A stretch of DNA of 55,129 bases from an uncultured Hyphomonas sp. (GCA_964419865.1 CAYQRX010000001.1:1-55129); one strand, 5' to 3'. Counted from the first letter of the stretch, positions 1 to 12,910 are shown. The notes: generated by a model not told the origin, from the sequence alone. Translations and numbers: made by a program.

Positions 1-2
1 GC

Positions 3-314
3 GAGGAGCGCTGCATCGCCTGCAAGCTGTGCGAGGCGATCTGCCCGGCGCAGGCGATCACCATCGAGGCGGAACCGCGCGAAGACGGCGCACGACGCAC
101 GACGCGCTACGACATCGACATGGTGAAGTGCATCTATTGCGGCTTCTGTCAGGAAGCCTGCCCGGTGGATGCCATCGTCGAGGGGCCGAACTTCGAGTTC
201 GCAACAGAAACACGCGAAGAGCTGTTCTATGACAAGGAACGGCTGCTGGCGAATGGCGATCGCTGGGAACGGCTGATCGCCAAGAATTTGGAATTGGATG
301 CGCCGTACCGTTAA
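3..314 (+). CDS. nuoI: NADH-quinone oxidoreductase subunit I (5'-truncated by window edge)
   Basis: Frame from position 3 reads [19 protein letters not shown]...[17 protein letters not shown]...LDAPYR, with two 4Fe-4S CxxCxxCxxxCP motifs; lies upstream of nuoJ. Confidence 0.97.
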   Translation, partial: EERCIACKLCEAICPAQAITIEAEPREDGARRTTRYDIDMVKCIYCGFCQEACPVDAIVEGPNFEFATETREELFYDKERLLANGDRWERLIAKNLELDAPYR

Positions 315-384
315 GGCGGCGTCAGGTAGAAGCAGGGCCGGGCCATAACGGAGACCGGCATTCTCAAGAAGGGGCGGACAGGCT

Positions 385-978
385 GTGGCATTGATCGCTT
401 TCTGGATGATTTCGGCGATTGTCGTCTTGTCTGCGGTGTTTGTCATCGCGGCGCGCAATCCCGTACACTCCGTACTCTGGCTCATTCTGACCTTTTTCTC
501 CGCCGCTGGCCTTCTTGTCCTGATCGGCGCGGAGTTTCTCGCGATGCTTCTGGTCGTGGTCTATGTCGGCGCGGTCGCGGTGCTGTTCCTTTTTGTCGTG
601 ATGATGCTTGATGTCGACTTTGTGGAGCTGAAACAGGGCACATTGCGATACTGGCCCTTTGCGCTTCTGGTCGGCGTTGTCCTGCTGGCCCAGCTGGCGC
701 TGGTTGCCTTCTCCGGCGGCGCTGTCCCTGAGGGGGAGATGAACGCATCGCCGGGCGCCCCGACCAATGCCGAAGCAATCGGGCAAGTTATGTATACGGA
801 CTATATTCTGCTGTTCCAGCTGGCCGGTATTGTGCTGCTGGTCGCCATGGTCGGCGCCATCGTGCTGACCCTCCGCCACCGCCCGCACATCAAGCGCCAG
901 AGCGTCTCGAAGCAGACCGCACGCAGGCGGTCCGATGCCATCGAACTGAAAGACCCCACGCCGGGGCAGGGGATCTGA
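385..978 (+). CDS. nuoJ: NADH-quinone oxidoreductase subunit J
   Basis: [11 protein letters not shown] and [17 protein letters not shown] motifs; hydrophobic; GTG start; nuo gene order. Confidence 0.96.
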   Translation: MALIAFWMISAIVVLSAVFVIAARNPVHSVLWLILTFFSAAGLLVLIGAEFLAMLLVVVYVGAVAVLFLFVVMMLDVDFVELKQGTLRYWPFALLVGVVLLAQLALVAFSGGAVPEGEMNASPGAPTNAEAIGQVMYTDYILLFQLAGIVLLVAMVGAIVLTLRHRPHIKRQSVSKQTARRRSDAIELKDPTPGQGI

Positions 979-981
979 CGG

Positions 982-1290
982 ATGGAGCTCGGCCTTTCCA
1001 ATTACCTCGCCGTTTCCGCGGCCTTGTTCACGATCGGTGTCGTTGGCATTTTCGTGAACCGGAAGAACATCATCGTCATTCTCATGGCGATCGAGTTGAT
1101 CCTCCTGTCGGTTAACATCAACCTGGTTGCCTTCTCGGTCTTCAGCGGCACCATCGAAGGGCAGATATTTGCCATGCTCGTGCTGACCGTGGCCGCCGCG
1201 GAAGCGGCGGTCGGCCTCGCCATTCTCGTCGTTTATTTCCGGAACCGGCGCGACATCTCGGTTGAAAATGTCGATCTCATGAAGGGCTGA
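982..1290 (+). CDS. nuoK: NADH-quinone oxidoreductase subunit K
   Basis: [17 protein letters not shown] and [12 protein letters not shown] motifs; 102 aa. Confidence 0.97.
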   Translation: MELGLSNYLAVSAALFTIGVVGIFVNRKNIIVILMAIELILLSVNINLVAFSVFSGTIEGQIFAMLVLTVAAAEAAVGLAILVVYFRNRRDISVENVDLMKG

Positions 1291-1297
1291 TGCGCGC

Positions 1298-3457
1298 ATG
1301 CTTCCTGATAGCCTTCTGATATTCATCGTCCTTGCGCCCGGCATCGCGGCGCTGCTCGGCCTGTTCCACAAGCAGATCGGCGACCGCGCCGTGATGCTGG
1401 CGACGACCGGCACGGTCCTGACCGCCGGCGCGCTGTCGCTGTTCCAGCTGTTTGCCTATGTCGCGGGGCTTGGCAGCAGCGAAGCGGCACATGCCGCGCT
1501 GGACGCATACCTGACCGCCGGCCCGGCGCATGCGACGGCTGAGCTCAAACAGCATGTCATTACGCTGATGCCCTGGATCGAGGTTGGCAGTTTCAAAGCC
1601 AACTGGGCCATCCGCGTCGACGCACTCTCCATCGTCATGATGGCGGTCATCACCGGCGTCTCCGGTCTCGTTCACCTCTATTCGTGGGGATATATGAGCG
1701 AGGATCCGCACAAGTCGCGCTTCTTCGCCTACCTGTCGCTCTTCACCTTCATGATGCTCATGCTGGTGGTGGCAGACAATTTCATCCAGCTCTTCTTCGG
1801 CTGGGAAGGCGTCGGCCTCGCCTCCTACCTTCTGATCGGTTTCTGGTACACGAAGAAGGCGCCGAACGACGCCTCCATCAAAGCCTTCGTCACCAACCGC
1901 GTCGGCGACTTTGGCCTCGCCCTCGGCATCATGGCTGTGTTTTTCGTCTTCGGCAGCGTCGAGTTTGGCCCGGTTCTCGAAGCCATCCGGACCAATGCCG
2001 TGGTCACACCGATCGCTTTTGCCGATGCGGCTCCTGCCCGTGAAGCCATCATCACCTTCCTCGGCCAGCGGGTCTACGCGCTCGAGCTGATCGGCATCCT
2101 GCTGTTTATCGGCGCGATGGGCAAATCGGCGCAGTTCTTCCTGCACGTCTGGCTTCCTGACGCGATGGAGGGCCCGACGCCGGTTTCGGCACTGATCCAC
2201 GCCGCCACCATGGTGACGGCGGGCGTCTATCTCGTCTGCCTGTTGTCGCCGATCTATGAATACACCTTCTATGCGGCCGGCATGGTCACGATTGTCGGCG
2301 CCGTCACTGCGCTCTACGCGGCCACGGTCGGCATGGCGCAGAACGACATCAAGCGTGTCATTGCTTATTCGACCTGTTCGCAGCTGGGTTACATGTTCTT
2401 CGCGGCCGGTGTCGGCGCGTATGAGGCGGCGATGTTCCACCTGTTCACGCATGCCTTCTTCAAGGCGCTGCTGTTCCTTGGCGCAGGCTCGGTGATCCAC
2501 GGCATGCACCATGAGCAGGACATGCGCCGGATGGGCGGCCTCGCGAAGTTCATGCCGTACACCTATGCGGCGATGATGATCGGGACCATTGCGATTATCG
2601 GCCTTGGTATTCCGCATACGAAGTTCGGCTTTGCTGGTTTCTTCTCCAAGGATGCGATCCTTGAAAGTGCCTATGCAGGCGCCACCGCTCAGGTGATGTT
2701 CGGCCAGGTGGCCTTCTGGTTCGGCCTGCTGGCAGCCTTCCTGACGAGCTTCTATTCCTGGCGCCTGATCTACATGACTTTCCATGGACCGATGGCCTCG
2801 GAAGATGCACACAGTCATGACCACCATCATGGCGCATCCCACGCCGCAGATGAGGCGCATGCGGACGATCATCATGGCGCCGATCATACACCTCATGAGA
2901 GCCCGATGACCATGCTTGTGCCGCTGGCGCTGCTCAGCATCGGCGCCATCTTCTCGGGTGTCTATTTCTACGACGCCTTTGTGGAAGCCAACAATGAAGC
3001 CTTCTGGGCCGGCGCGATCTATCGCTCGATCGAGAACACGGTGCTCTATCAGCGCCATTATGTGCCGGAATGGGTGCTCTGGGCACCGCTTGCCGTGACA
3101 ATATCCGGCTTCCTGCTGGCCACAATGACGTACTTCTTCAACAGGGGCATCGGTGCGCGTATCGCTGCCAGCGGCGGACCGCTGCATGCCCTGTTCTCCA
3201 ACAAATGGTACTTTGACGAGATCTACCAGGCAACGCTCGTGCGGGGCTCGGCGCTGCTCGGAAACCTGTTCTGGAAGGCCGACAAGAAGGTCATCGACGG
3301 CGTCGGCCCGGATGGCGCCGCATGGCTCGCCAGCGCCAGCGCGCGGCGGCTGTCGAAGCTTCATACGGGATATCTCTATCACTACGCCTTCATCATCATC
3401 GGGGCCGCCATCGTCTTTGGCGCAATCCTGTGGCTGCGGGCTGGAGGGGCCAATTGA
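1298..3457 (+). CDS. nuoL: NADH-quinone oxidoreductase subunit L
   Basis: [35 protein letters not shown] and [10 protein letters not shown] motifs. Confidence 0.97.
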   Translation: MLPDSLLIFIVLAPGIAALLGLFHKQIGDRAVMLATTGTVLTAGALSLFQLFAYVAGLGSSEAAHAALDAYLTAGPAHATAELKQHVITLMPWIEVGSFKANWAIRVDALSIVMMAVITGVSGLVHLYSWGYMSEDPHKSRFFAYLSLFTFMMLMLVVADNFIQLFFGWEGVGLASYLLIGFWYTKKAPNDASIKAFVTNRVGDFGLALGIMAVFFVFGSVEFGPVLEAIRTNAVVTPIAFADAAPAREAIITFLGQRVYALELIGILLFIGAMGKSAQFFLHVWLPDAMEGPTPVSALIHAATMVTAGVYLVCLLSPIYEYTFYAAGMVTIVGAVTALYAATVGMAQNDIKRVIAYSTCSQLGYMFFAAGVGAYEAAMFHLFTHAFFKALLFLGAGSVIHGMHHEQDMRRMGGLAKFMPYTYAAMMIGTIAIIGLGIPHTKFGFAGFFSKDAILESAYAGATAQVMFGQVAFWFGLLAAFLTSFYSWRLIYMTFHGPMASEDAHSHDHHHGASHAADEAHADDHHGADHTPHESPMTMLVPLALLSIGAIFSGVYFYDAFVEANNEAFWAGAIYRSIENTVLYQRHYVPEWVLWAPLAVTISGFLLATMTYFFNRGIGARIAASGGPLHALFSNKWYFDEIYQATLVRGSALLGNLFWKADKKVIDGVGPDGAAWLASASARRLSKLHTGYLYHYAFIIIGAAIVFGAILWLRAGGAN

Positions 3458-4959
3458 TGGGCGGTTTCCCCATACTCTCTGCAATGACGTTCCTGCCGCT
3501 GGCGGGCGCGCTGCTGATCATGCTTGTGCGTGCGGCGACGGCCGGTAGCCGCAGCGTGTCGAGCGATCGCCGGCAGGACCATGCGATCCTTACAGCTGCC
3601 CTTGTCATCTCGGTGGCGACCTTTGTGCTGTCGGTCGCGGCCTTTGCCGCCTTCATTCCCTCACAACAGGGCTACCAGCTGGTTGAGCATTACCCGTGGT
3701 ACGGCCCCATCAGTTACAAGATGGGCGTCGACGGCATGTCGATCGCGCTGATCCTGCTGACGACCTTCCTGACACCGATCTGCCTGCTCGCGAGCTGGAA
3801 CTCAATCGAGAAGCGAATGACGGAATATGTCGTCGCATTCCTCGTGCTCGAGACCTTCATGATCGGCGTTTTCACGGCGATGGACCTGGTCCTGTTCTAC
3901 ATTTTCTTCGAAGCCGGCCTCATCCCGATGTTCCTCATCATTGGCATCTGGGGCGGCAAGGATCGCATCTACGCCTCGTTCAAGTTCTTCCTGTACACGC
4001 TGATCGGCTCACTGTTCTTGCTCGTCGCGGCAATCTACATGATCCAGGCGGCAGGGTCGGCAGACTTTGAGGTTCTGGAGCAGTACGCCTTCGATCCGGG
4101 CGTGCAGATATGGCTATGGCTGGCCTTCCTTGCGTCCTTTGCCGTCAAGCTGCCGATGTGGCCGGTCCATACCTGGCTTCCCGATGCGCACGTTCAGGCG
4201 CCGACGGCAGGCTCAGTCGTGCTAGCCGGTGTCCTCCTGAAGATGGGCGGCTATGGCCTGCTGCGCTTCTCGCTGCCGATGTTCCCGGATGCGAGCGCCT
4301 TCTTCCAGCCGATGATGTTTGCCCTCGCCGTCATTGCCATCGTCTATACGTCTCTGGTCGCATGGCGGCAGACCGACATGAAGAAGCTCATCGCCTATTC
4401 GTCGGTCGCGCACATGGGTTTCGTCACGCTTGGCATCTTCGCCTTCAACGAAACCGGTATTCAGGGTGCCATCTTCCAGATGCTCAGCCACGGCCTGATC
4501 TCCGGCGCGCTCTTCCTCATCGTCGGCGTGGTTTACGACCGGATGCACACGCGCGAGATTTCGGCCTATGGCGGCCTTGTGAGCCGCATGCCGATCTATG
4601 CGGGTTTCTTCATGCTGTTCACCATGGCGAATGTCGGCCTCCCGGGAACCAGCGGCTTCGTCGGCGAAATCCTCACCATGGTCGGCGGCTTCCAGGCCTC
4701 GACATGGGCCGCAGCCGGCGCTGCCCTTGGCGTTATCTTCTCCGCCGTCTACATGCTGACCCTTTATCGCCGCACCGTGTTCGGAGAGATCACCAATCCG
4801 GAACTCGCGGATATCAAGGACATGAACCGGATCGAATGGATCTGCATCGCGCCGCTGGCGGCGCTGACAGTTCTGTTCGGCATAGCCCCCAACCTCATTT
4901 TCGTTGTCACGGATGGTGCCACCCAGCGCATCATCGGCCTGATGACGGGAGGCCAGTAA
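3457..4959 (+). CDS. nuoM: NADH-quinone oxidoreductase subunit M
   Basis: [25 protein letters not shown] and [11 protein letters not shown] motifs; start moved to ATG 3457 (TGATG overlap with nuoL stop, GGAGG upstream) instead of the ORF track's 3322. Confidence 0.96.
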   Translation: MGGFPILSAMTFLPLAGALLIMLVRAATAGSRSVSSDRRQDHAILTAALVISVATFVLSVAAFAAFIPSQQGYQLVEHYPWYGPISYKMGVDGMSIALILLTTFLTPICLLASWNSIEKRMTEYVVAFLVLETFMIGVFTAMDLVLFYIFFEAGLIPMFLIIGIWGGKDRIYASFKFFLYTLIGSLFLLVAAIYMIQAAGSADFEVLEQYAFDPGVQIWLWLAFLASFAVKLPMWPVHTWLPDAHVQAPTAGSVVLAGVLLKMGGYGLLRFSLPMFPDASAFFQPMMFALAVIAIVYTSLVAWRQTDMKKLIAYSSVAHMGFVTLGIFAFNETGIQGAIFQMLSHGLISGALFLIVGVVYDRMHTREISAYGGLVSRMPIYAGFFMLFTMANVGLPGTSGFVGEILTMVGGFQASTWAAAGAALGVIFSAVYMLTLYRRTVFGEITNPELADIKDMNRIEWICIAPLAALTVLFGIAPNLIFVVTDGATQRIIGLMTGGQ

Positions 4960-4963
4960 GCCG

Positions 4964-6397
4964 ATGCTTGACACCCAATCCATCGTCCAGACGATTGCGC
5001 CTGAACTCTGGCTTGCCGGGGCAGGGCTGGTTCTGGTGCTTGTCGGCGCGATCGTCGGTGAAAAGTTCAACAGCCTGTCCTACAAGATTGGCGCGCTCGT
5101 CCTGTTCGGCGCTGCGGCCCTTTCCGCCATGCACATCCAGGGTGGGGAGGCATTCAATGGCCTCGTGAAGACGACGAGCTTTACCAACTTCACGAAGGTA
5201 ATCAGTTTCACGCTGGCCGGCGTGGCGATCTTTGTGTCGGAGTCCTTCCTGCGCCGGCATGAGATCAGCCGGTACGAGTACCCGCTGCTCATGGTCCTCG
5301 CCTCGCTCGGCATGGGAATCATCCTTTCGGCGAACGACCTGATGACCCTGTATATGGGCATCGAGACGCTCAGCCTGTCGTCCTATGTCCTCGCTGCCTT
5401 CCACCGCGACTCGGCGCGGTCATCAGAAGCCGGCCTCAAATATTTTGTACTGGGCGCGCTCGCCTCCGGGATGCTGCTCTACGGCGCCTCTCTCATCTAT
5501 GGCTTCACGGGCACCACCTCGTTTGAGGGGCTGGCGCTGGCCGGCGAGTCAATCGGCGCGATGTTCGGCATGGTGCTGATGATTGTTGGCCTCGCCTTCA
5601 AGGTTTCGGCCGCACCGATGCACATGTGGACGCCGGACGTCTATGAAGGCGCTCCGACGCCGGTCGTCGCGTTCTTTTCTTCGGCTCCTAAGTTCGCGTC
5701 CCTGGTCGTTTTTGCCAATGTCATGTTCACGCTGTTCGGCACTGTCATTGATCAGTGGCAGATCATCATCGCCATCATCGCCGGCCTGTCGATGTTGGTC
5801 GGCTCGCTCGGCGGCCTGACGCAGAACAATATCAAGCGCCTTCTGGCCTATTCCTCGATTGCGAATGTCGGTTACGCCCTCATCGCTATTGCCGCTGGGG
5901 CGACCTTTGGTGCCCCGGCGCTGATTACCTTCTCGACGATCTATGTCGTCTCCTCGCTGGGCCTCTTCGCCGGTGTCCTTGCGATGCGCCGGCGCGGCGG
6001 CATGGTGGAGAGCATCCAGGAACTCGGCGGCCTCGCGCGTCGCCAGCCGGTCTTCACGATTGCGATGACCGTACTGATCCTTTCGGTTGCGGGCCTGCCG
6101 CCGTTTGGCGGCTTCTTCGGCAAGTATGAAGTCCTGCGCGCAGGCATCGATGCGGATCTTGTGCCGCTCGCCATCCTGCTCGTGATCGCTTCGGTCATTT
6201 CGCTAGGCTATTATCTGCGCCTGCTGAAGATCATGTGGTTCGATGAGCCCCGCGAAGCGTTCGAGCGCGTTGATATGGGCGTCCTCGGAACGGTCATTGC
6301 CTGCGCATTCATTGCCGGTGTCGTGTTCATGGTCTTCATCGGCCAGTTGGGCAGCGGCGGTTGGGCGAGCTATGCGGCTTCAGGACTGCTGCCTTGA
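4964..6397 (+). CDS. nuoN: NADH-quinone oxidoreductase subunit N
   Basis: [30 protein letters not shown] and [10 protein letters not shown] motifs. Confidence 0.96.
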   Translation: MLDTQSIVQTIAPELWLAGAGLVLVLVGAIVGEKFNSLSYKIGALVLFGAAALSAMHIQGGEAFNGLVKTTSFTNFTKVISFTLAGVAIFVSESFLRRHEISRYEYPLLMVLASLGMGIILSANDLMTLYMGIETLSLSSYVLAAFHRDSARSSEAGLKYFVLGALASGMLLYGASLIYGFTGTTSFEGLALAGESIGAMFGMVLMIVGLAFKVSAAPMHMWTPDVYEGAPTPVVAFFSSAPKFASLVVFANVMFTLFGTVIDQWQIIIAIIAGLSMLVGSLGGLTQNNIKRLLAYSSIANVGYALIAIAAGATFGAPALITFSTIYVVSSLGLFAGVLAMRRRGGMVESIQELGGLARRQPVFTIAMTVLILSVAGLPPFGGFFGKYEVLRAGIDADLVPLAILLVIASVISLGYYLRLLKIMWFDEPREAFERVDMGVLGTVIACAFIAGVVFMVFIGQLGSGGWASYAASGLLP

Positions 6398-7128
6398 GCA
6401 CTCCGTGGCCGGTTTTCCGCTTCGCCGAGATTGACAGTACGAACACAGAGGCCAAGCGGCGCGCGGCCGCAGGCTCCTTTGAAAATCAATGGATTGTGGC
6501 AGGCCGTCAGTCCGCCGGCCGCGGCCGGCAGGACCGGTCATGGGTCTCGCCCGTCGGGAACATTTTTGCGACAGCCCTGTTCCGTGAGCCGGGCGGCATT
6601 GGCATCGCCCTGAGAGTCCCGTTTGCCGCGGCCCTTGCCGTGGTCGACACGGTTCTCGCATTTGCCCCCGGTTCGGATGTCAGGGTCAAATGGCCAAACG
6701 ATGTGCGGATAGAGCGCCAGAAAGTCTCGGGCATCCTTGTGGAAACAGGGGGTAACGGTGCGGATATGTGGATCGCGGCCGGGATAGGCCTGAACCTTGC
6801 GTTCGCGCCCGAAGGGGTCGGGCAGGCGGCGACCTGTCTGGATGCGCTGGCCGGTCAGGCCTTGCCGCTCGATGACGTTCTGACGACACTTCTCGGACAA
6901 TTCCGGACACGCCTGGACATGGCGCGGACAGAGTTCTCCAGTCTGATGCAGGACTGGCTGCGCCATGCTGAAGGGCTCGGCGAGAGCATATCCGTCAGGA
7001 CCGGCGAAGAGATCATAGAGGGCGTTTTTACCGGCCTCGAACCCGACGGCGCCCTGCGTCTGCGGTTGCCCGACGGGTCTGCCCGCATCATAAGGGCGGG
7101 CGAAGTGAACCTTATCGGACGGACCTAA
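6394..7128 (+). CDS. birA: Biotin--[acetyl-CoA-carboxylase] ligase (no N-terminal HTH)
   Basis: DSTN, QSAGRGR, KWPND and KVSGILVE motifs; probable TTG start at 6394 overlapping the nuoN stop (TTGA). Confidence 0.93.
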   Translation: MSTPWPVFRFAEIDSTNTEAKRRAAAGSFENQWIVAGRQSAGRGRQDRSWVSPVGNIFATALFREPGGIGIALRVPFAAALAVVDTVLAFAPGSDVRVKWPNDVRIERQKVSGILVETGGNGADMWIAAGIGLNLAFAPEGVGQAATCLDALAGQALPLDDVLTTLLGQFRTRLDMARTEFSSLMQDWLRHAEGLGESISVRTGEEIIEGVFTGLEPDGALRLRLPDGSARIIRAGEVNLIGRT

Positions 7129-7132
7129 ACGC

Positions 7133-7900
7133 ATGCTCCTGGCTATTGATGTCGGCAACACCAACACGGTCTTCGCCCTCCATGACGGCGAGCGCTGGGT
7201 TCAGCAGTGGCGCAGCGCCACGGATTCGACCAAGACGGCCGACGATCATGCCTCCTGGCTCTGGCGGCTGGCGGACATGCAAGGGGTCGACCTTACGAAG
7301 GTCGATGGCTGTGTTGTCTCCTCGGTGGTGCCGCATGCGCAGTTCAACTTCCGCAACCTCGCCCGCCGCTACCTGAATGTGGAGCCGCTGTTCCTCGGTG
7401 ATCCAGGCCTCAAGACCGGCATGGAAGTGCGCGTGCGCCATCCCGAACAAGTCGGCGCTGACCGGATCGTCAGCGCGCTGGGAGCCCACGTTGCCTATCC
7501 AGGTGACCTGATCGTCATCGACAGCGGCACCGCGACGACCTTCGACATCGTGGCCGGTGATGGGGCCTTTGAAGGGGGCATCATTTCGCCCGGCATCTAT
7601 CTTTCCATGCGCGCGCTTCATGAAGCTGCGGCGCAGCTACCCCGTATCGCGATCCAGAAACCGCCGCAGGTAATCGGAAAAGATACAGTCTCCGCGATGC
7701 AATCGGGTGTCTTCCTCGGCTATATTGAGCTGATCGACGGCCTGGTGAGGCGGATCAAGGCCGAGCGCGGAAAGCCGATGACTGTCGTTGCGACAGGCGG
7801 CGTGGCGTCCCTGTTCGAGGGCGCCAGCGAGACGATCGATTATTATGACCAGGATGTGCTGATCCGCGGCCTCCTCGAAATCTGGAAACGGAACCGCTGA
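7133..7900 (+). CDS. coaX: Type III pantothenate kinase
   Basis: [24 protein letters not shown] and ATGG motifs; follows birA. Confidence 0.95.
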   Translation: MLLAIDVGNTNTVFALHDGERWVQQWRSATDSTKTADDHASWLWRLADMQGVDLTKVDGCVVSSVVPHAQFNFRNLARRYLNVEPLFLGDPGLKTGMEVRVRHPEQVGADRIVSALGAHVAYPGDLIVIDSGTATTFDIVAGDGAFEGGIISPGIYLSMRALHEAAAQLPRIAIQKPPQVIGKDTVSAMQSGVFLGYIELIDGLVRRIKAERGKPMTVVATGGVASLFEGASETIDYYDQDVLIRGLLEIWKRNR

Positions 7901-7905
7901 AGTAG

Positions 7906-9591
7906 ATGGCAGATACATTACAGGCGGGGCACGAGCTGGTTTTTCTTCCTCTCGGCGGATGCGGCGAGATCGGGATGAACCTCAATGCCTATGGCTATGG
8001 CCCGCCGGACGCACGCCGCTGGATCATCGTCGATGTCGGCGTGACCTTCGGCACACCCGACACACCCGGCATCGATCTTATCTGCGCCGATCCGGGTTAT
8101 CTGGTTGGCGAACAGATCGATGCTGTGTTTCTCACCCATGCGCATGAAGACCACATTGGGGCCATTGGTCTGCTCTATCCGCTTCTGCGCACCAAGGCGC
8201 CGATCTATGCGACGCCGTTCACATGTGAGCTCGTTCGTTCTAAAATGGATGAGCGCGGGGTCGACCAGAAATGGCTGAAGACGATCTCGATGGGCGCGAC
8301 GGTCAAGGCCGGGCCGTTCGAAGTGACTTATGTTACGCTCACCCATTCGATTCCCGAGCCCAATGCGCTGGCGATCCGCACGCCGGCAGGAATTATTCTG
8401 CATACCGGGGACTGGAAGATCGACCCGCAGCCCCAGATCGGTGGGACGACAGACATCGAAGGGCTGACCGCGCTTGGCGATGAAGGCGTCCTCGCGATGG
8501 TCTGCGACTCGACCAATGTATTCGAGAGCGGTGAAGCAGGTTCCGAAGAAACTGTCCGGCTGGGCCTGATTGAATTGGTTGCACAGCAGAAACAGGCGGT
8601 GGCGGTTACGACCTTTGCGTCAAATGTGGCCCGGGTGAAGTCCATCATTGAGGCGGCGGAGAAGGCCGGGCGCAGTGTCTGTCTGGTCGGACGCAGCATG
8701 CACCGGGTAACAGCTGCAGCAAAAGCCGTCGGGATTCTTCCGGCACGGCTCGAATTCGTGGACGAGGCCGAGGCCGGTTTCCTGCCACCGGAGAATATCC
8801 TCTATCTATGCACGGGCAGTCAGGGCGAGCCGAATGCGGCGCTGTCGCGCATCGCCCGCGGCGACCATCGCAATGTCGTGCTGCGTGACGGCGACAGCGT
8901 CATCTTTTCCTCCCGTCTGATCCCCGGCAACGAGAGCGGTGTTTACGCCCTGCAGAATGCGCTCGCAGAGCAGGGGGTGCATGTGATTACGCCGCGCATG
9001 GTGGAACAGACCATCCACGTGTCCGGCCATCCCTGTCGGGACGAACTCCGGCGCATGTATCAATGGGTGCGTCCGCGCGTGGCGGTGCCCGTTCATGGCG
9101 AGCGCCGGCATATCCTCGAGCACGCCAATTTCGCCCGCTCGATGCAGGTTCCGGAGGCGGTCGCTCCCCGCAATGGCAGCCTGATCCGGCTCGCGCCCGG
9201 CGAGGCCGAGATCGTCGACGAGGTGCCCGCTGGCCGGCTCTTCCTTGACGGCAGCCGCCTTGTTCCTGAAGGCGCCCAGGGCCTGGTCGAGCGTAGCCGT
9301 CTGCATCGCAGTGGCGTGATATTCGCTACGGTCAGCCTGGATGAGAGCGGTCAGGTTGCTGACGGGCCGGTGGTTGTCGTCAAAGGCCTTTCGGAGACCG
9401 ATGGCCGGATTGCTGAGGAAAGCCTGGATGTCCTGGCCGAAGCGGCAGATGGCGCGCTTGACGGGCTCTCGCGGAAAGATCGTATGGATGACGAAGCCGT
9501 TGAACGGATCATGGGCCGCGCCCTACGCAAGGCTTGTGACATAAATTTCGGATTGAAACCCATGATCGAAGTGGTTGTGTTGAGGAGCTGA
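7906..9591 (+). CDS. rnj: Ribonuclease J
   Basis: LGGCGEIGMN, THAHEDHIG (metallo-beta-lactamase), HTGDWK, HVSGH and PVHGE motifs. Confidence 0.94.
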   Translation: MADTLQAGHELVFLPLGGCGEIGMNLNAYGYGPPDARRWIIVDVGVTFGTPDTPGIDLICADPGYLVGEQIDAVFLTHAHEDHIGAIGLLYPLLRTKAPIYATPFTCELVRSKMDERGVDQKWLKTISMGATVKAGPFEVTYVTLTHSIPEPNALAIRTPAGIILHTGDWKIDPQPQIGGTTDIEGLTALGDEGVLAMVCDSTNVFESGEAGSEETVRLGLIELVAQQKQAVAVTTFASNVARVKSIIEAAEKAGRSVCLVGRSMHRVTAAAKAVGILPARLEFVDEAEAGFLPPENILYLCTGSQGEPNAALSRIARGDHRNVVLRDGDSVIFSSRLIPGNESGVYALQNALAEQGVHVITPRMVEQTIHVSGHPCRDELRRMYQWVRPRVAVPVHGERRHILEHANFARSMQVPEAVAPRNGSLIRLAPGEAEIVDEVPAGRLFLDGSRLVPEGAQGLVERSRLHRSGVIFATVSLDESGQVADGPVVVVKGLSETDGRIAEESLDVLAEAADGALDGLSRKDRMDDEAVERIMGRALRKACDINFGLKPMIEVVVLRS

Positions 9592-9595
9592 CAGA

Positions 9596-10024
9596 ATGAG
9601 CGAGTTCAGGATCGGGCCGTTGAACCATGTCGGCGTGGCCGTGCCGGATATTGAGGCGGCCTGCGAGACATACCGGACGCTCTATGGCGCAACGGATATC
9701 ACCACACCCTTCGATATGCCGGAACAGGGGGTGAAAGTGTGTTTCGTCAATCTGCCGAACAGCCAGATCGAGCTGATCGAGCCTTTGAGCGATGCCTCGC
9801 CCATTGCCAACTTCCTCAAGAAAAACCCCAGCGGCGGGCAGCATCATGTCTGTTTCGAGGTCGAGGATATCAACCAGGCTGTCTCGGAGATGGAAAAGCG
9901 GGGGGCTACCGTGCTGGGCAAGCCGCGGATCGGGGCCCATGGGACGATGATCATCTTCGTTCACCCCAAGAATTCGAACGGCGTCCTTGTCGAGCTTATG
10001 GAAACGCCGAAGGGCAGCCACTGA
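9596..10024 (+). CDS. mce: Methylmalonyl-CoA epimerase
   Basis: LNHVGVAVPD, IELIEPL, GGQHHVCFEV and GAHG...FVHPK..GVLVEL motifs (VOC fold). Confidence 0.92.
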   Translation: MSEFRIGPLNHVGVAVPDIEAACETYRTLYGATDITTPFDMPEQGVKVCFVNLPNSQIELIEPLSDASPIANFLKKNPSGGQHHVCFEVEDINQAVSEMEKRGATVLGKPRIGAHGTMIIFVHPKNSNGVLVELMETPKGSH

Positions 10025-10263
10025 TGGGCATTGCCGGGGCGATCATCGTTTTCGTGCTGGGCTGGTGGATCACCTTCTTCGCGGTCCTGCCGATCGGCGT
10101 AAAGGGCCAGTGGGAGGACGATTCCACCGTTCCCGGCACAGAAGAGGGGGCGCCGAAGAACCCGATGCTGCTGAAAAAGGCACTCTGGGCCACGATCGGC
10201 GCGGTCGTGATAACGATCATCGCTGCGCTTGTGGTTCCGCCGCTGCTTGCGAAAGTGGTCTAG
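10024..10263 (+). CDS. DUF1467-family small membrane protein
   Basis: MGIAGAIIVFVLGWWITFFAVLPIGV...VPGTEEGAP; ATG overlaps the mce stop; usual mce-DUF1467-proS context. Confidence 0.85.
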   Translation: MGIAGAIIVFVLGWWITFFAVLPIGVKGQWEDDSTVPGTEEGAPKNPMLLKKALWATIGAVVITIIAALVVPPLLAKVV

Positions 10264-10310
10264 CTGCGGCTAGTGAGCGCAACGCAAATTCCACCAGAAC
10301 CGGATGATTC

Positions 10311-11633
10311 ATGCGCCTTTCGAAGTATTTCCTGCCTGTTTCCAAAGAGGCGCCGGCTGACGCCGCCATTGTTTCCCACCAGCTGATGCTGCGCACGGGC
10401 ATGATCCGGCAGAATGGTGCCGGGATCTACACCTGGCTGCCCCTTGGCCACCGCGTCCTGAAGAAGATCGAACAGATCGTGCGCGAGGAGATGGATCGGT
10501 CCGGGGCCATCGAGATGCTGATGCCGACGCTGCAACAGGCCGATCTTTGGCGCGAGTCCGGCCGGTATGAGGCCTATGGCAAGGAAATGCTGCGCATCAA
10601 GGACCGCCATGAGCGCGACATGCTCTATGGGCCGACCAATGAGGAACTGATCACGGATGTCTTCCGGACCTATGTGAAAAGCTACAAGCAGCTGCCGGTA
10701 AACCTCTATCACCAGCAGTGGAAGTTCCGCGATGAGGTGCGCCCGCGTTTTGGCGTGATGCGGGGCCGGGAATTCCTGATGAAGGACGCCTATTCCTTCG
10801 ACCTGACCGAAGAAGGCGCCCGGCGGTCCTATCGCAAGATGTTCTGCGCCTATCTCAACGCCTTTGACCGTATGGGGCTGACCGCTATTCCCATGCGCGC
10901 GGACACGGGTCCCATCGGCGGCGATCTCAGCCATGAGTTCATCATCCTCGCCGAGACGGGGGAGAGCGCGGTGTTCTGCGACAAGGCGCTGCTCGACTTG
11001 CCGGCACCGGGGCTCGACCTTGATTTCGGGGGCGACCTGACGGGCGAAGTCGAGAAGCGTACGCAGTTCTATGCGGCGACCGAAGAAATGCATGATGCCG
11101 AAGCCTTCGGTAAACTTCCGGCAGACCGGCAGGTTTCTGCGCGCGGCATCGAGGTGGGCCACATCTTCTATTTTGGCACCAAATATTCAGAGCCGATGAA
11201 AGCCGAAGTGCAGGGGCCGGACGGGCAGATGGTGCCGGTGCAGATGGGCAGCTACGGCATTGGGGTGTCGCGTCTTGCGGGCGCGATCATTGAGGCGAGC
11301 CATGATGAGAATGGTATTGTCTGGCCGGAAGCGGTGGCACCATTCGACGTCGGCCTGATCAATATGCGTCCCGGTGATGCGGCCTGCGATGCGGCGTGTG
11401 AGCAGCTTTACGCGGCGATGACGGCGGCGGGCCGGGATGTTCTTTATGACGATACCGATGATCGCGCCGGCGCCAAGTTTGCGCGCATGGACCTGATCGG
11501 GCTGCCCTGGCAGACGACCGTTGGCCCGCGCGGACTTGCGGACGGCAAGGTCGAGGTGAAGAACCGCAAGAGCGGTGAGAAGCATGACGTCAAGATCGAC
11601 GACATGCTGGCCGAGCTGAAAGCAGCTCGATGA
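10311..11633 (+). CDS. proS: Proline--tRNA ligase (short alphaproteobacterial type lacking the editing insertion)
   Basis: [34 protein letters not shown] and [10 protein letters not shown] motifs; 440 aa. Confidence 0.97.
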   Translation: MRLSKYFLPVSKEAPADAAIVSHQLMLRTGMIRQNGAGIYTWLPLGHRVLKKIEQIVREEMDRSGAIEMLMPTLQQADLWRESGRYEAYGKEMLRIKDRHERDMLYGPTNEELITDVFRTYVKSYKQLPVNLYHQQWKFRDEVRPRFGVMRGREFLMKDAYSFDLTEEGARRSYRKMFCAYLNAFDRMGLTAIPMRADTGPIGGDLSHEFIILAETGESAVFCDKALLDLPAPGLDLDFGGDLTGEVEKRTQFYAATEEMHDAEAFGKLPADRQVSARGIEVGHIFYFGTKYSEPMKAEVQGPDGQMVPVQMGSYGIGVSRLAGAIIEASHDENGIVWPEAVAPFDVGLINMRPGDAACDAACEQLYAAMTAAGRDVLYDDTDDRAGAKFARMDLIGLPWQTTVGPRGLADGKVEVKNRKSGEKHDVKIDDMLAELKAAR

Positions 11634-12910
11634 GCAAACCTGCCGCCGCCGCCCCCTTCGGAAAGCTCGAACGCACGCTCGCCTGGCGCTACCTGCGAGC
11701 CCGGCGGGAACATGGCGGCGCCAGCCTCATCGCGATCATCTCCTTCATCGGCATCTTCTTCGCCGTGGCCGCGCTGATCATCACCATGTCGATCATGAGC
11801 GGGTTCCGTGCGACGCTGCTCGATGCGCTGCTCGGCGGGGAGCCGCACATCGCGGCGGCTGTGGACGGCTATCCGCAGGAGGATGCTGACAGGCTGGCCG
11901 GGATCATCCGGGGCGTGCCCGATGTGGTCAGTGTTTCGCCCTATATCGAGCAGTTTGTCCTCCTGTCGGCCAATGGTGCGCGCACCGGAGGGATTGTCCG
12001 CGCCATCCCGCCGGCAGACCTCAAGACGATGCCAATCTTCCGCGATGGCGGCGAGGCTGCGATAGCCGCAGGTTTTGGCGAGGGCCGCAATGGCGGCAAT
12101 GTCATCATGATCGGCCAGTATCTCGCGGCGAGCCTTGGCCTGCTGCCCGGCGACACGGTTGAAGTGGTAACGTCACAGATGCGCTCTGGGCCGGTCGGGC
12201 AGTCGCCGATCAGCAAGGCGTACATTGTCGGTGACATTTTCCGTACGGGTTCGGCGCAGCTTGATAATGTCTATATCTTCATGCCGATGGAACAGGCTCA
12301 GCTCCTGTTCCAGTCGCGGGGACGCTATCAAAACCTCGACATCCGCGTGAAGGATCCGGACCGCACCGAGATCGCCATGCAGCGTATTTCTGATGCAACC
12401 GGCTACAGCCTCCTGCTGCGCGACTGGAAGACGAAGAACCGGACCTATCTCGGCGCGCTGCGCACGGAGCGGGTGATGGTCCGCCTGCTGGTGACCATCA
12501 TCATGATGATCGCCACCCTGAATATCATCGTCGGCGTTGTGATGCTGGTGAAGAACAAGACACGCGATGTGGCGATCCTGAGAACCATTGGTCTGAGCCG
12601 GGGCGGGGTCTTGCGGGTATTCCTGATGGTCGGCACCGTACTCGGGTCGCTGGGGGCAGCGCTCGGCATGGCGGTCGGTATCCTCTTTATCCTGAATATC
12701 GGTCCGATCGAAGCGTTGATAAACATGGCTATCGATGGCGAGGTTTTTCCAGCGGAGCAGTATGGGCTTGACCACCTGCCGGCGATCCTTGACTGGGGCG
12801 AAGTGTTCAGCACCGGTGCCTATGCGCTGCTGATGTCGATGTTCGTATCCCTCATTCCCTCGATCTGGGCATCCTCCCAGGATCCGGTCAAAGCGCTGAG
12901 GTTCGAATGA
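11630..12910 (+). CDS. Lipoprotein-releasing ABC transporter permease LolC/E
   Basis: [30 protein letters not shown] and C-terminal DPVKALRFE; upstream of lolD. Confidence 0.9.
   Translation: MSKPAAAAPFGKLERTLAWRYLRARREHGGASLIAIISFIGIFFAVAALIITMSIMSGFRATLLDALLGGEPHIAAAVDGYPQEDADRLAGIIRGVPDVVSVSPYIEQFVLLSANGARTGGIVRAIPPADLKTMPIFRDGGEAAIAAGFGEGRNGGNVIMIGQYLAASLGLLPGDTVEVVTSQMRSGPVGQSPISKAYIVGDIFRTGSAQLDNVYIFMPMEQAQLLFQSRGRYQNLDIRVKDPDRTEIAMQRISDATGYSLLLRDWKTKNRTYLGALRTERVMVRLLVTIIMMIATLNIIVGVVMLVKNKTRDVAILRTIGLSRGGVLRVFLMVGTVLGSLGAALGMAVGILFILNIGPIEALINMAIDGEVFPAEQYGLDHLPAILDWGEVFSTGAYALLMSMFVSLIPSIWASSQDPVKALRFE

Noticed and set aside
3322-3456. N-terminal extensions in the ORF track (nuoM 3322; likewise 9739, 17111, 19000, 21791, 41543, 42871, 46079)
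   Set aside because: They overlap upstream genes, promoters or terminators; downstream ATGs with SD, stop-start coupling or family-typical N-termini fit better.
1277-3484. 735-aa antisense ORF (also 364-1413 and 4222-5070) opposite the nuo genes
   Set aside because: Shadow ORFs caused by GC-rich codon bias of the real plus-strand genes; no recognisable motifs.
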